Shown in pieces: positions 37,330-45,890 of a stretch of 64,000 bases of DNA; position 1 is the first letter of the stretch, and each line of letters starts with the position of its first letter. The stretch spans positions 2,981,490 to 3,045,489 of the forward strand of contig CBDHES010000002.1 in the NCBI GenBank assembly GCA_965262175.1, read 5' to 3'. Made by a program: the position numbers and the translations under genes. This stretch comes from Acidimicrobiales bacterium (GTDB taxonomy: Bacteria; Actinomycetota; Acidimicrobiia; Acidimicrobiales; SZUA-35). Below the pieces are notes generated by a model. That model had not been told where the DNA came from. It saw only the letters and a program-made list of their open reading frames with translations, and ran no database searches.

Positions 37330-38150
37330 ATGTCGATGGTGACGAACCCCTTGCTCACCTCCCGGATGTGCACCCAGGAGCAGCTCGAATCGCCCCGGTT
37401 CAAGGCGTGGGCCGAGCGGCTCAGCGAGCATCCCGGCCGCCTCCACCGCAAGCTGTGGGAGTACTGCTTCATCGCCGAGGCCCTCGGCGAGCGGGCATGC
37501 TCCAGCCGGGCCGGACCGGCCTCGGGTTCGCGGTGGGTACCGAACCGCTGGCGTCGATGTTCGTTTCGATGGGCTGCACCGTCGTGGCGTCGGACATGGA
37601 CCCCGAGGAAGCGGCGGCCCGGGGCTGGGTCGACACCAACCAGCACGCCGCCGGGATCGATGCGCTGAACCAGCGAGGCCTCTGCCCCGACGCCCTGTTC
37701 CGGACGAACTGCTCGTTCCGGGCGGTCGACATGAACGACATCCCGTCGGACCTGACCGGGTTCGATTTCGTGTGGTCGTCGTGTGCCTTCGAGCATCTCG
37801 GCTCGATCGAGAACGGGATCGAGTTCGTGGTCAACGCCATGAAGTGCCTGAAGCCCGGCGGGATCGCGGTCCACACCACCGAGTTCAACGCCTCATCGAA
37901 CGAGGCGACCCTCACCGAGGGTGGGACGGTGCTGTTCCGCCGCCGGGACTTCGAGGAGATCGCCGATCGTCTGGTCGCTGCCGGTCACGAGATCAGCCTC
38001 GACTTCACCGCCGGTTCGCTCCCCGCCGACCACCACGTCGACCTGCCCCCCTACAAGCAGGACGTGCACCTCAAGCTCCTCCTCGCCGAGTACGTCTGCA
38101 CCTCCTACGGCATCATCGTCAAGGCGGCCGGCGGCCCAGAAACCGAGTAA
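37330..38150 (+). pseudogene. Class I SAM-dependent methyltransferase, apparent -1 frameshift in a G-run at 37493-37495
   Basis: The N-terminus (MCTQEQLESPRFKAWAERL...HRKLWEYCFIAEALGER) is in the frame of ORF 37330. The rest (MLQPGRTGLGFAVGTEPL...DFVWSSCAFEHL) is in the frame of ORF 37368. Adding one G gives ...ALGERGMLQPG.... Confidence 0.6.
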
Positions 38151-38228
38151 CGACCCCGATCGCAGCGAGACGGGCGGCCCTGGCGGGACCGGGACCGGTG
38201 GGCGGCCCGGCTGTCCGGTCCGCTGCGG

Positions 38229-39533
38229 TCAGAGGATCGTCGGGGCCGGCTCGGTGAGGGTGGAATCGAGGCTGGCGGCGAGGTGGACCGGACCGAGGAT
38301 CGGTCGCTCGGTCGAGACCTCGAACCGGATCTGGTTCTGCGACCGGTCGTACTCCCGGGCCTCGGCCGGAGCCTGGAGGGCCACGGTCACCACGTAGGTT
38401 CCGTCGGCGAAGGGGAGGTCGTCGATCTCGAACATCATCTGGCCGCGGGAGCCCGTGGCGTAGACGTCGGTGCCCAGCAGGTCGAGGCTGGAGATGTTGG
38501 CCCAGATCGTCCCGTCGGTCCGATGGATCCACAGGTGGACCCGGAGGGGGACCACTTCACCGATCCCGATGTCGACCCCGACCCGGAGCCGGTCGCCGGC
38601 CTGATGGGCCGGGCGATCGTTGGGCGGCGGCTCGATCCACACCCGCCGGAGGGTGACCGGGGAATCGGCAACCGACCCGACCTCGTTGTCGACGACCGGG
38701 TCGGTGACCGGAGCGTGGCCGTGGGACAGGAGGGAGCGACGGTAGGCGGCGATCGCCTCGTCGACGTCGCCGAGGTGGACCAGCCGGCCGCGGTCGAGGA
38801 CCATCGCCCGATTGCACAGGTTGCGGACCTGCTCCGGGGAGTGGGTGACGAGGCAGATCGTCCGGCCCTCGGCCTGGAACGCCTGGATCCGGCCGATGCA
38901 CTTGGCCTGGAAGGCCTCGTCGCCGACGGCCAGGACCTCGTCGATGAGGAGCACGTCGGGTTCGAGGTTGACCGCCACGGCGAACCCGAGACGGGCGTAC
39001 ATCCCCGAGCTGTAGTGCTTGACCTGGGAGTCGATGAAGTCCTCGAGCCCGGCAAAGGCCACGATGTCATCGAAGATCTCATCGATCCGGGCCCGGGAGA
39101 AGCCGAGGATCGACCCGTTGAGGTAGACGTTCTCCCGGCCGGTCAGGTCGGGATGGAAGCCGGCCCCCAACTCGAGGAGGGCCGACAACCGGCCCCGGAC
39201 CCTCACGATCCCCTGGCTGGGGCGGATCGTGCCGGCGATGCACTTCAACAGGGTGCTCTTCCCGGAGCCGTTGTGACCGAGGATGCCGAAGGTCTCACCG
39301 GCCCGAACCTCGAAGTCGACGTCTCGGAGCGCGTGGAAGTCGGCCACGGTCGACTGCCGGAGGGTGAGGAGCCGTTCCTTGAGGGTCTTGGCCGGCTCGG
39401 AGTGCTTGCGGAACGTCTTGGAGACGTCGGACACCTCGATGGCGACCGGGGCCAACTCGACGCTGACGGTGAGGCTCGGGTCGGGCTCGGGCTCGCTCCC
39501 GGTCCCGGGCTCGACGGGAGGTGACATGGTCAC
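38229..39533 (-). CDS. wzt: Polysaccharide ABC exporter ATP-binding protein with a C-terminal glycan-binding-type domain
   Basis: Walker A GHNGSGKST, signature YSSGMYARLGFA, Walker B VLLIDEVLAVGD. About 160 aa of beta-rich C-terminal extension follow, which is Wzt_C-like. Confidence 0.85.
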   Translation of the reverse strand: MTMSPPVEPGTGSEPEPDPSLTVSVELAPVAIEVSDVSKTFRKHSEPAKTLKERLLTLRQSTVADFHALRDVDFEVRAGETFGILGHNGSGKSTLLKCIAGTIRPSQGIVRVRGRLSALLELGAGFHPDLTGRENVYLNGSILGFSRARIDEIFDDIVAFAGLEDFIDSQVKHYSSGMYARLGFAVAVNLEPDVLLIDEVLAVGDEAFQAKCIGRIQAFQAEGRTICLVTHSPEQVRNLCNRAMVLDRGRLVHLGDVDEAIAAYRRSLLSHGHAPVTDPVVDNEVGSVADSPVTLRRVWIEPPPNDRPAHQAGDRLRVGVDIGIGEVVPLRVHLWIHRTDGTIWANISSLDLLGTDVYATGSRGQMMFEIDDLPFADGTYVVTVALQAPAEAREYDRSQNQIRFEVSTERPILGPVHLAASLDSTLTEPAPTIL

Positions 39534-40447
39534 AGCTCTTCACCCAGGTTGGCTTCGAGGCGGACGAAGACGCGGAATCCGAGGTAGAGGAAGACCAGAC
39601 CGAACAGGAACGAGATGCCCAGGTTCTGGACGTACCACCAGGTGGGGCGGAACAGCAGCTCGAACTCGGCCTGCTGGTCGGGCCCGAAGTTGGACGGGTT
39701 GTAGACCACCCGCTGGAAGGTGGTGACGACGGGGATCATCGGGTTCAGCATCGCCAACCGCTCGGCACCGGGCCCCCATCGCCCGATCAGGGCTTCGCCG
39801 ACGAAGTCATAGACGTAGACGATCGGGGTGAACCAGAACCAGGTCAGGAGGCCGAGCTCCAGGAAGTGCTGGACGTCTCGGTAGTGCACGTTCAGGCCCG
39901 ACAGGAGCAGACCGAGACCGGTCACGAGCATGAGCGTGACGACCAGGGCCGGGATCGTCAGCCAGAGCATGCCCCACTCGGGCGACTGGCGGAAGAACGC
40001 CAAGCCGACCAGCAGGATCGTGAGCTGGAAGAAGAAGGTGATCAGGTTGGCCCCGATCGCCGCCAAGGGGAGGATCTCGCGGGGGAACCAGACCTTTTGG
40101 ACGAGCGGCCCGTTGGCCGTGATCGAGGTGGTCGCCGCGCTGAGCCCCGACGAGAAGAGGTTGAACGCCAGCAGCCCGGAGAGCAGGAGCAGGCCATAGC
40201 GGGGGACGTTGGCCCGGAGGATGATGTCGAACACGACGCTGAACACCATCAGGTACAGCAGCGGGTTGAGGAGTGTCCACAGGAAGCCGAGGATGCTGTC
40301 CTTGTACTTGACCTTCAGCTCCCGGCGCACGAGGTTGACCAGCAGCTCCCGGTACGTCCAGATGTCGCGAAGCCGGGAGGCCACGTCGGGAGGCCTCGTA
40401 CCGTTCTCCAGCAGTGGCGGGAGGTCCGTGTCACGGATCGCAGTCAC
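39530..40447 (-). CDS. wzm: ABC-2 type polysaccharide exporter permease
   Basis: RELKVKYKDSILGFLWTLLNPLL N-terminal motif and 6 TM segments. ATGA overlap with wzt. Confidence 0.85.
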   Translation of the reverse strand: MTAIRDTDLPPLLENGTRPPDVASRLRDIWTYRELLVNLVRRELKVKYKDSILGFLWTLLNPLLYLMVFSVVFDIILRANVPRYGLLLLSGLLAFNLFSSGLSAATTSITANGPLVQKVWFPREILPLAAIGANLITFFFQLTILLVGLAFFRQSPEWGMLWLTIPALVVTLMLVTGLGLLLSGLNVHYRDVQHFLELGLLTWFWFTPIVYVYDFVGEALIGRWGPGAERLAMLNPMIPVVTTFQRVVYNPSNFGPDQQAEFELLFRPTWWYVQNLGISFLFGLVFLYLGFRVFVRLEANLGEEL

Positions 40448-40551
40448 CTGTCGAGTCTAGCGACCGGCCGCAACCGGTCCGGGGCAGCCCGCCATAGGCA
40501 ACGGCGCCCCTCCCAGAGCGGCCAGCGACGTCCACCGGGTCGACGCCGGTG

Positions 40552-41649
40552 TCATCGCTTCTGGGCCCGCCAGTTGGCCGCCGCCTCCTCGGCGTCGACG
40601 AACGGGCCGTCGACCGCGTACCCCAGGTCGGCCAGTACCCGGCGATGGGTCACCGCCAGCCGCTCCGCCACCGGGCGGGGGAGGAAGTCGCGCCAGCCGT
40701 CGGCCTTGCTCCGCCACCGGTGATGGTTCGGCGTTCCGACGAGGGTCCGCTCCCGGACGCCGTCGGGGTCGACCGGTTCGCCCAGCAGCTCGTCGGTCGC
40801 CTCCGGGACGACGATCCCCAGGTCGTCGGCCAGCTTGGCCACGACCGGCCCGGTGCTGGCGATGAGGTCCTCGTAGCGGATCCGGTACGTGGCGGGGTCG
40901 TTCCACCAGTCGGCGGTGATGGCCAGCAGCCGGGACGCCCCGCTGCCGGTCGCCCACTCGACGAACTGCTCGCTGGTCGGGCTGGCCCCCCGCAGCGTCG
41001 TCGGGGAGCCGATCGCCTCGCCGTCGAGCCAGTCGAGGATCTGCGGTTCGTGCCGGCTGAAATGGAGGATCGAGATCACCACGTCGAGGGGGTGGCGGGC
41101 GACGGTCACGACCCGGGCCGACAGACGATCGACGAACTGGAGGGCCCGGCGATTGCGGACGGCGTGGATCTGCATGAGGACCGGGGCGGTCACCAGCTCG
41201 GTCGCCACATCGTCGATCGTCGGCGCCGCCAGCACCGGGTAGCCGAACACCTCGTGGAAGAGCCGCTGGAGCAGGGTGTTGCCCGACCGGGGCGCCGAGG
41301 TGAGCAGGACGTTGGGTCGGCCGGTGAGCGGTCGGGCCCGGTCGACGACGAAGGCCCGGTGGTAGTCGTTCCGCAGGGTGGCGGCCAGGGTCCGGTACAG
41401 GTCGGCCTGTGCCGGGGCCGCCTCATCGATCAGCCGTCCCTCGATCAACGAGGCCAGCTCCATGGCCCGGACCCGACGCCGACCCGGCATCGACACCATC
41501 AGCGCCTGGAGGGCGTCGGTGACCAGCGCATCGTCGACACCGGCGGCAGCGATCGTCTCGGGCCAGTGGTGGCGACGGGCGAAATCGGCGAGATCGAGCT
41601 CTCGGCGGGACGGCCGGGAGCTGGGGCGCTTGGCGGCGGGGCGCTTCAT
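40552..41649 (-). CDS. Sulfotransferase family protein
   Basis: A 5-prime PSB-like loop (LTSAPRSGNTLLQRL) and a 3-prime PB-like motif (VARHPLDVVIS). It lies upstream of wzm-wzt on the same strand. Confidence 0.6.
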   Translation of the reverse strand: MKRPAAKRPSSRPSRRELDLADFARRHHWPETIAAAGVDDALVTDALQALMVSMPGRRRVRAMELASLIEGRLIDEAAPAQADLYRTLAATLRNDYHRAFVVDRARPLTGRPNVLLTSAPRSGNTLLQRLFHEVFGYPVLAAPTIDDVATELVTAPVLMQIHAVRNRRALQFVDRLSARVVTVARHPLDVVISILHFSRHEPQILDWLDGEAIGSPTTLRGASPTSEQFVEWATGSGASRLLAITADWWNDPATYRIRYEDLIASTGPVVAKLADDLGIVVPEATDELLGEPVDPDGVRERTLVGTPNHHRWRSKADGWRDFLPRPVAERLAVTHRRVLADLGYAVDGPFVDAEEAAANWRAQKR

Positions 41650-41765
41650 GATGGTCGGGACCCGAGGCGGCGGCGGGATCCGCCGACGGGTCCGAGGCCG
41701 GGGGATCGCGTAGGCCCGATTCTAGATGATCGCCCGACGGGTCCCGCTGGGCGGTGTCGCCGTGC

Positions 41766-42530
41766 TCAGGTCCGTTCGTAGACCCAGCCACCCGGATCGA
41801 GGGTGAGCCGGTTGCGGGGCCCGGCGACGCCCGGGTCTTGCTGGTCGTAGCCGGCGTCGCCACCCCAGGCCAGGATGACCGGGTCGGCGGCGATGGGGCG
41901 GGTGAAGAACTCCTCGGGTTCGGCCGAGGAGGCCCAACCGAGCGCTGCGTCGACCGATCGGTGGGTGTCGAGCTGCCACAGTGTCAGCCACGTCGGCGGG
42001 ACGATCTCGATCTCCGAGCCCCGATGCCGATCGATGGCGTCCCCCGGCCGGAACCACCGGTGCTCGTGGATCTCACCGCCGTCGACCGAGACCTCGCCGT
42101 CGGGGCATCGTCCGACGAAGAACCAGGTGGAGAACCGCTTGACCCGGTTCCCCTTCATCGCCGCCCGGGGCGGGGGAACCCAGTACGACCAGGTGAACAG
42201 CTCGCCACCGTCGATCTCCAGGCCGGTCTCCTCCGCCACCTCCCGGGCCGCGGCCCGGCGGGCCGATCCCAGGTGGTCGTCGTGGTCCAGTTCGTCGTCG
42301 TCGACTCGACCGCCGGGGAAGACCCACATCCCACCGAAGGCGATCTTCGAGTTGCGACGCAACATGAGCACCTCGGGTCCGTCGTCGTGGTCGCGCAGCA
42401 GGAGCACGGTGGCGGCTGGGATCAGGACGTCGTCGTCGGTCACGGGGACCAACGGTACGGCGGCCCAGGGAACGTCGCCAAGCTCGGCCGACCCTCGAGG
42501 GGAGGATGGGGTCGGCCGAGCTCGGGACAT
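41766..42530 (-). CDS. NUDIX hydrolase
   Basis: Nudix box GGRVDDDE...AAREVAEETGL. The start is at MSRARPT (42530). Confidence 0.8.
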   Translation of the reverse strand: MSRARPTPSSPRGSAELGDVPWAAVPLVPVTDDDVLIPAATVLLLRDHDDGPEVLMLRRNSKIAFGGMWVFPGGRVDDDELDHDDHLGSARRAAAREVAEETGLEIDGGELFTWSYWVPPPRAAMKGNRVKRFSTWFFVGRCPDGEVSVDGGEIHEHRWFRPGDAIDRHRGSEIEIVPPTWLTLWQLDTHRSVDAALGWASSAEPEEFFTRPIAADPVILAWGGDAGYDQQDPGVAGPRNRLTLDPGGWVYERT

Positions 42531-42724
42531 GGGGGGGGTGGGGTGGGACGGCGATTGCCAGGGCGCCGGCACGAGGCCGGTGGCGATGCGTGTGGAGGAG
42601 GTGACAACCACCGCCCCACCCCGGTTTGGCCGGTGAGGGTGATGATCACCGGTCTCAGTAGCATCGTCAGGCGGCGCTCGAAACTTGAGTCGGTCGATCT
42701 ATCCCGAACCCGAAGGACGGGCCG

Positions 42725-42928
42725 ATGCTCGGTGACAACTTCCTGGCCTACTTGACCCTGGCGATCGGCGGTGCGCTCGTCGCCGGGAACGTCGCCGCGT
42801 TGCTCCGACCCCGCCAGGATGGTCCCGGGGGGACGACGGTGCGAGCCCCGGTCGGGCGGGCGCTGATCCAGATCGTCGTCGGCGGCGTCGCGTCGATCTG
42901 GGCTCTGGCGACCCTGCTGGCCGGGTGA
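42725..42928 (+). CDS. Small two-TM membrane protein (hypothetical)
   Basis: FLAYLTLAIGGALVAGNVAAL and ALIQIVVGGVASIWALATLLAG form two hydrophobic helices. Confidence 0.4.
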   Translation: MLGDNFLAYLTLAIGGALVAGNVAALLRPRQDGPGGTTVRAPVGRALIQIVVGGVASIWALATLLAG

Positions 42929-42956
42929 GGCCCCGCTCGCTCAGCCAGCCGGCTGG

Positions 42957-45305
42957 CTAGAACTCGCCGGGATCAGCGCCCGATCCACCGCCGTCCGGCG
43001 TCGAGCGGGCCATGTTGTCGAACCGGGTGTACTGGCCCCGGAACGCCAAGCGGACCTTCCCGGTCGGGCCGTTCCGGTGTTTGGCGATGATCACCTCGGC
43101 GACGCCCTTGTCGGGCGAGGCCTCGTCGTACACCTCGTCTCGATAGAGGAACAGCACCACGTCGGCGTCCTGTTCGAGGCTGTTGTGGGCGATGATGCCG
43201 TTGGCGACGAAGTTGTGATCGCCCTCGACGGTGCAGTCGAACACCGGTTGCTCACCGAGCGGCTCGATGGAGACGATCTCGTCCCAGAAGATGTCCGACT
43301 CGGCCACCCGGTGGGGTATGGGGTCGAGGTTCGGGGTCGGCGTCGTCGATTCCAGGATGCGGATCGCCTCGGGCAGGACCGAGCCCCGCTCACCATGACA
43401 GCCGACCGTCGTCGCGAACCGGAGCAGGTCGGCGTGGCTCCACACCCGGACGTGGTGGGCCGGCCGATGGCCGGCGTCGGACGATGACGAGATGGTCGTC
43501 CCGATACCCAGCCGGAGGAGCAGGCGCTGCACCCCCCGAGCCATGGGCTCCGAGGTCGTCGAGTACGAGCACTCGACCGTCGGACCCCGCCCGTTGCATG
43601 AGATCGTGATCGAGCCCCCGGTCGCCCACAAGTGGTGGAGGAAGAGCCGGATCTGATCGTTGGGAAGGCGGTGGACGTCGGTCGGGATGTGATGCTCGCA
43701 GGGTCGCTTCCCCCCCGCCTCGACCACCGAACCATCGCCGAGGAGTTGGGCCAACAGCACGACCTCGGGATCCGGCCACGCCACCGGCTCGCTCGGCTCG
43801 GGCTCCACCCGAGGGGTGGCGACCGCACCGCCGACGGACAACTCGTCGAGACGGGCCCATCCGCCGATCGTCAGGAAGCGGTGGTTGGCGGTGGCGTCGA
43901 CCTCACGACCGGACGCGAGGCGGAGCCGGTAGACGGGCTTGATCCCCGATCCGAAGGTCTTGACGAGACGACGGGCGCCGAGCCGACCGCGGTCGTCGAT
44001 CGCCCAGACCATCGGGGTCTCCTGGCTCAGGAGGAGGTCGCCCATCGTCACCTCCGACCCGTCGGCCCGAGCGATCCGGGTCGACGCTGGCATGCAGCCG
44101 CTCTCACGGAGGTCGGAGAGCATCGGCCGCTTGTCGGTTCGTTGCTCCAGGCCACGGTTGAGCTGGGCGAGGGCGACGACGGGAACCTCGAGCTCACGGG
44201 CCAGGATCTTGAGGTTTCGGCTGATCTCCGAGACCTCGACCTGGCGGCTCTCGGCGTTGGATCGACCGGTCATCAGCTGGATGTAGTCGATGACCACCAT
44301 CCCCAGCTCCCCGTGGCGGCTCTTGAGCCGCCGGGACTTGGCCCGGATGTCCATGACCGAGGTGTGGGGGTAGTCGTCGATGAAGATCGGTGCCTCGGCC
44401 AGACGACCGACGGCGTGGCTGATCCGGCTCCACTCCCCTTCCTCCAGCCGACCGGTCTTGACCCGGCCGGCATCGACGAGGGCCTCGGAGCACAGCAGCC
44501 GCTGCGACAGCTCGAGCTGGCCCATCTCCAAGGTGAAGATCAGCACCGGCTTGTCGTCGTTCATCGCCGAGTGGGACGCCAACCCGAGGGCGAACGACGT
44601 CTTACCCATGGCGGGCCGGGCACCGACGACGTAGAGGGCGTTCGGCTGGAGACCGGCCAGCTTCTCGTCGAGGTCGAGGTAGCCGGTGCTGAGCCCGGTG
44701 ATGGCCTCGCCCCGGTCATAGAGCATCTCGATCCGGTCGAGGTTGGCCGGGAGCAGGTCGCGAATGGGGGCGGTGGTGTCGCTGACCCGCCGTTGGGCGA
44801 CGTCGAACATCCGGGCCTCCGCGTCGTCGACCGCGGTCTCGACGTCCTCCGGGACGCCATAAGCGGTCTCGGCGATCTCGTTGCAGACCGAGATCATCCG
44901 CCGGAGGAGGGCGTGCTCCTCGACGATGCGGGCGTAGTGGGCGGCGTTGCTGATGGCCGGTGTCGTGGCCTGGAGGTCGAGCAGCACCTCCGGCCCACCG
45001 ATCTCGTCGAGCAGGCCGGCCCGCTTCAGTTCGTCGGCCACGGTGACCGCGTCGACGGGCTCGCCACTGCTGTACAGGCTCATCACCGCGTCGTACAGGT
45101 GCCCGTGAGCCGGCTTGTAGAAGTGGTCGGGATCGAGGATCTCGACGACGTCGGCGATGGCGTCGCGGCTCAGCAGCATCGCACCGAGGACCGACTCCTC
45201 GGCCTGGAGGTTGTGGGGCGGAACCCTCGCTGGCCCGCTCGGGCGGGAACCGTCCGTCATCCCCTCATCCTGTTCGCTCGGGGCTGTGGACAACCAGGCC
45301 GACAA
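42957..45305 (-). CDS. dnaB: Replicative DNA helicase DnaB, interrupted by an intein
   Basis: N-terminus PHNLQAEESVLGAMLLS, Walker A GARPAMGKTSFAL, Walker B MVVIDYIQLM. The sequence ...LSDLRESG is followed by a 305-aa insert and then SLEQDADVVLFLYRDE. Confidence 0.95.
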   Translation of the reverse strand: MSAWLSTAPSEQDEGMTDGSRPSGPARVPPHNLQAEESVLGAMLLSRDAIADVVEILDPDHFYKPAHGHLYDAVMSLYSSGEPVDAVTVADELKRAGLLDEIGGPEVLLDLQATTPAISNAAHYARIVEEHALLRRMISVCNEIAETAYGVPEDVETAVDDAEARMFDVAQRRVSDTTAPIRDLLPANLDRIEMLYDRGEAITGLSTGYLDLDEKLAGLQPNALYVVGARPAMGKTSFALGLASHSAMNDDKPVLIFTLEMGQLELSQRLLCSEALVDAGRVKTGRLEEGEWSRISHAVGRLAEAPIFIDDYPHTSVMDIRAKSRRLKSRHGELGMVVIDYIQLMTGRSNAESRQVEVSEISRNLKILARELEVPVVALAQLNRGLEQRTDKRPMLSDLRESGCMPASTRIARADGSEVTMGDLLLSQETPMVWAIDDRGRLGARRLVKTFGSGIKPVYRLRLASGREVDATANHRFLTIGGWARLDELSVGGAVATPRVEPEPSEPVAWPDPEVVLLAQLLGDGSVVEAGGKRPCEHHIPTDVHRLPNDQIRLFLHHLWATGGSITISCNGRGPTVECSYSTTSEPMARGVQRLLLRLGIGTTISSSSDAGHRPAHHVRVWSHADLLRFATTVGCHGERGSVLPEAIRILESTTPTPNLDPIPHRVAESDIFWDEIVSIEPLGEQPVFDCTVEGDHNFVANGIIAHNSLEQDADVVLFLYRDEVYDEASPDKGVAEVIIAKHRNGPTGKVRLAFRGQYTRFDNMARSTPDGGGSGADPGEF
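43182..44096 (-). mobile_element. DnaB intein (305 aa) with a degenerate LAGLIDADG homing-endonuclease remnant
   Basis: It starts with Cys (RESG|CMPASTRI), has block B TANHRFLT, and ends VANGIIAHN|S. LLAQLLGDGSV and FLHHLWATGGSI are LAGLIDADG-like motifs. Coordinates were derived by codon counting and checked against TGC at 44096 and AAC at 43184-43182. Confidence 0.9.
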
Positions 45306-45410
45306 CCTGTTGGTTACCCATCATCTCCGGTGGATCGCCTGTGGACATCGACGGCCTCTCCTGAAGGTGGGCGCGACAGAACTGAGCCCTCGACCACGTG
45401 GTGGTGATGT

Positions 45411-45436
45411 GACGGCCGGGCCAGGGCCCGGCCGTC
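45411..45436 (-). terminator. GC-rich hairpin between rplI and dnaB (possible attenuator or partial terminator)
   Basis: gacggccggg/cccggccgtc is a perfect 10-bp stem around ccaggg. No U-tract follows. Confidence 0.3.
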
Positions 45437-45443
45437 CTTGTCG

Positions 45444-45890
45444 TCAGGCGGGAACGACCGACACCGAGACCGGGAACTGCACCTCGTTGTGCGGCTTGAC
45501 CGTGACGGCGTGCATGCCGGTCGAACGGATCTGGTCATCGAGCTCGATCATCTTCCGATCGAGCTCGACGCCGGTCTGATCGCGGATGGCGTCGGCAACG
45601 TCGGCGTTGGTGACCGAGCCGAACAACTTGCCCTCGCCACCGGCCCGAGCCGAGATCTCGACCGTCTTGGCCACGAGGACCTTGGCGATCTCCTCGGCTG
45701 CCTCTCGTTCTCGGGCATTGCGGATCTGCCACGACTTCTTCATCGCCGCCGCCTGCGCTTCCACGCCCGGGCTGGCCTGCTGGGCACGCCCCTGGGGAAT
45801 GAGGAAGTTGCGGGCGTGGCCATCGGCCACGTCGACGATGTCGCCCCGGTTGCCGAGGCCGTTGATCGATTCGAGAAGAACGATGCGCAT
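45444..45890 (-). CDS. rplI: 50S ribosomal protein L9
   Basis: [36 protein letters not shown]. Confidence 0.95.
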   Translation of the reverse strand: MRIVLLESINGLGNRGDIVDVADGHARNFLIPQGRAQQASPGVEAQAAAMKKSWQIRNAREREAAEEIAKVLVAKTVEISARAGGEGKLFGSVTNADVADAIRDQTGVELDRKMIELDDQIRSTGMHAVTVKPHNEVQFPVSVSVVPA

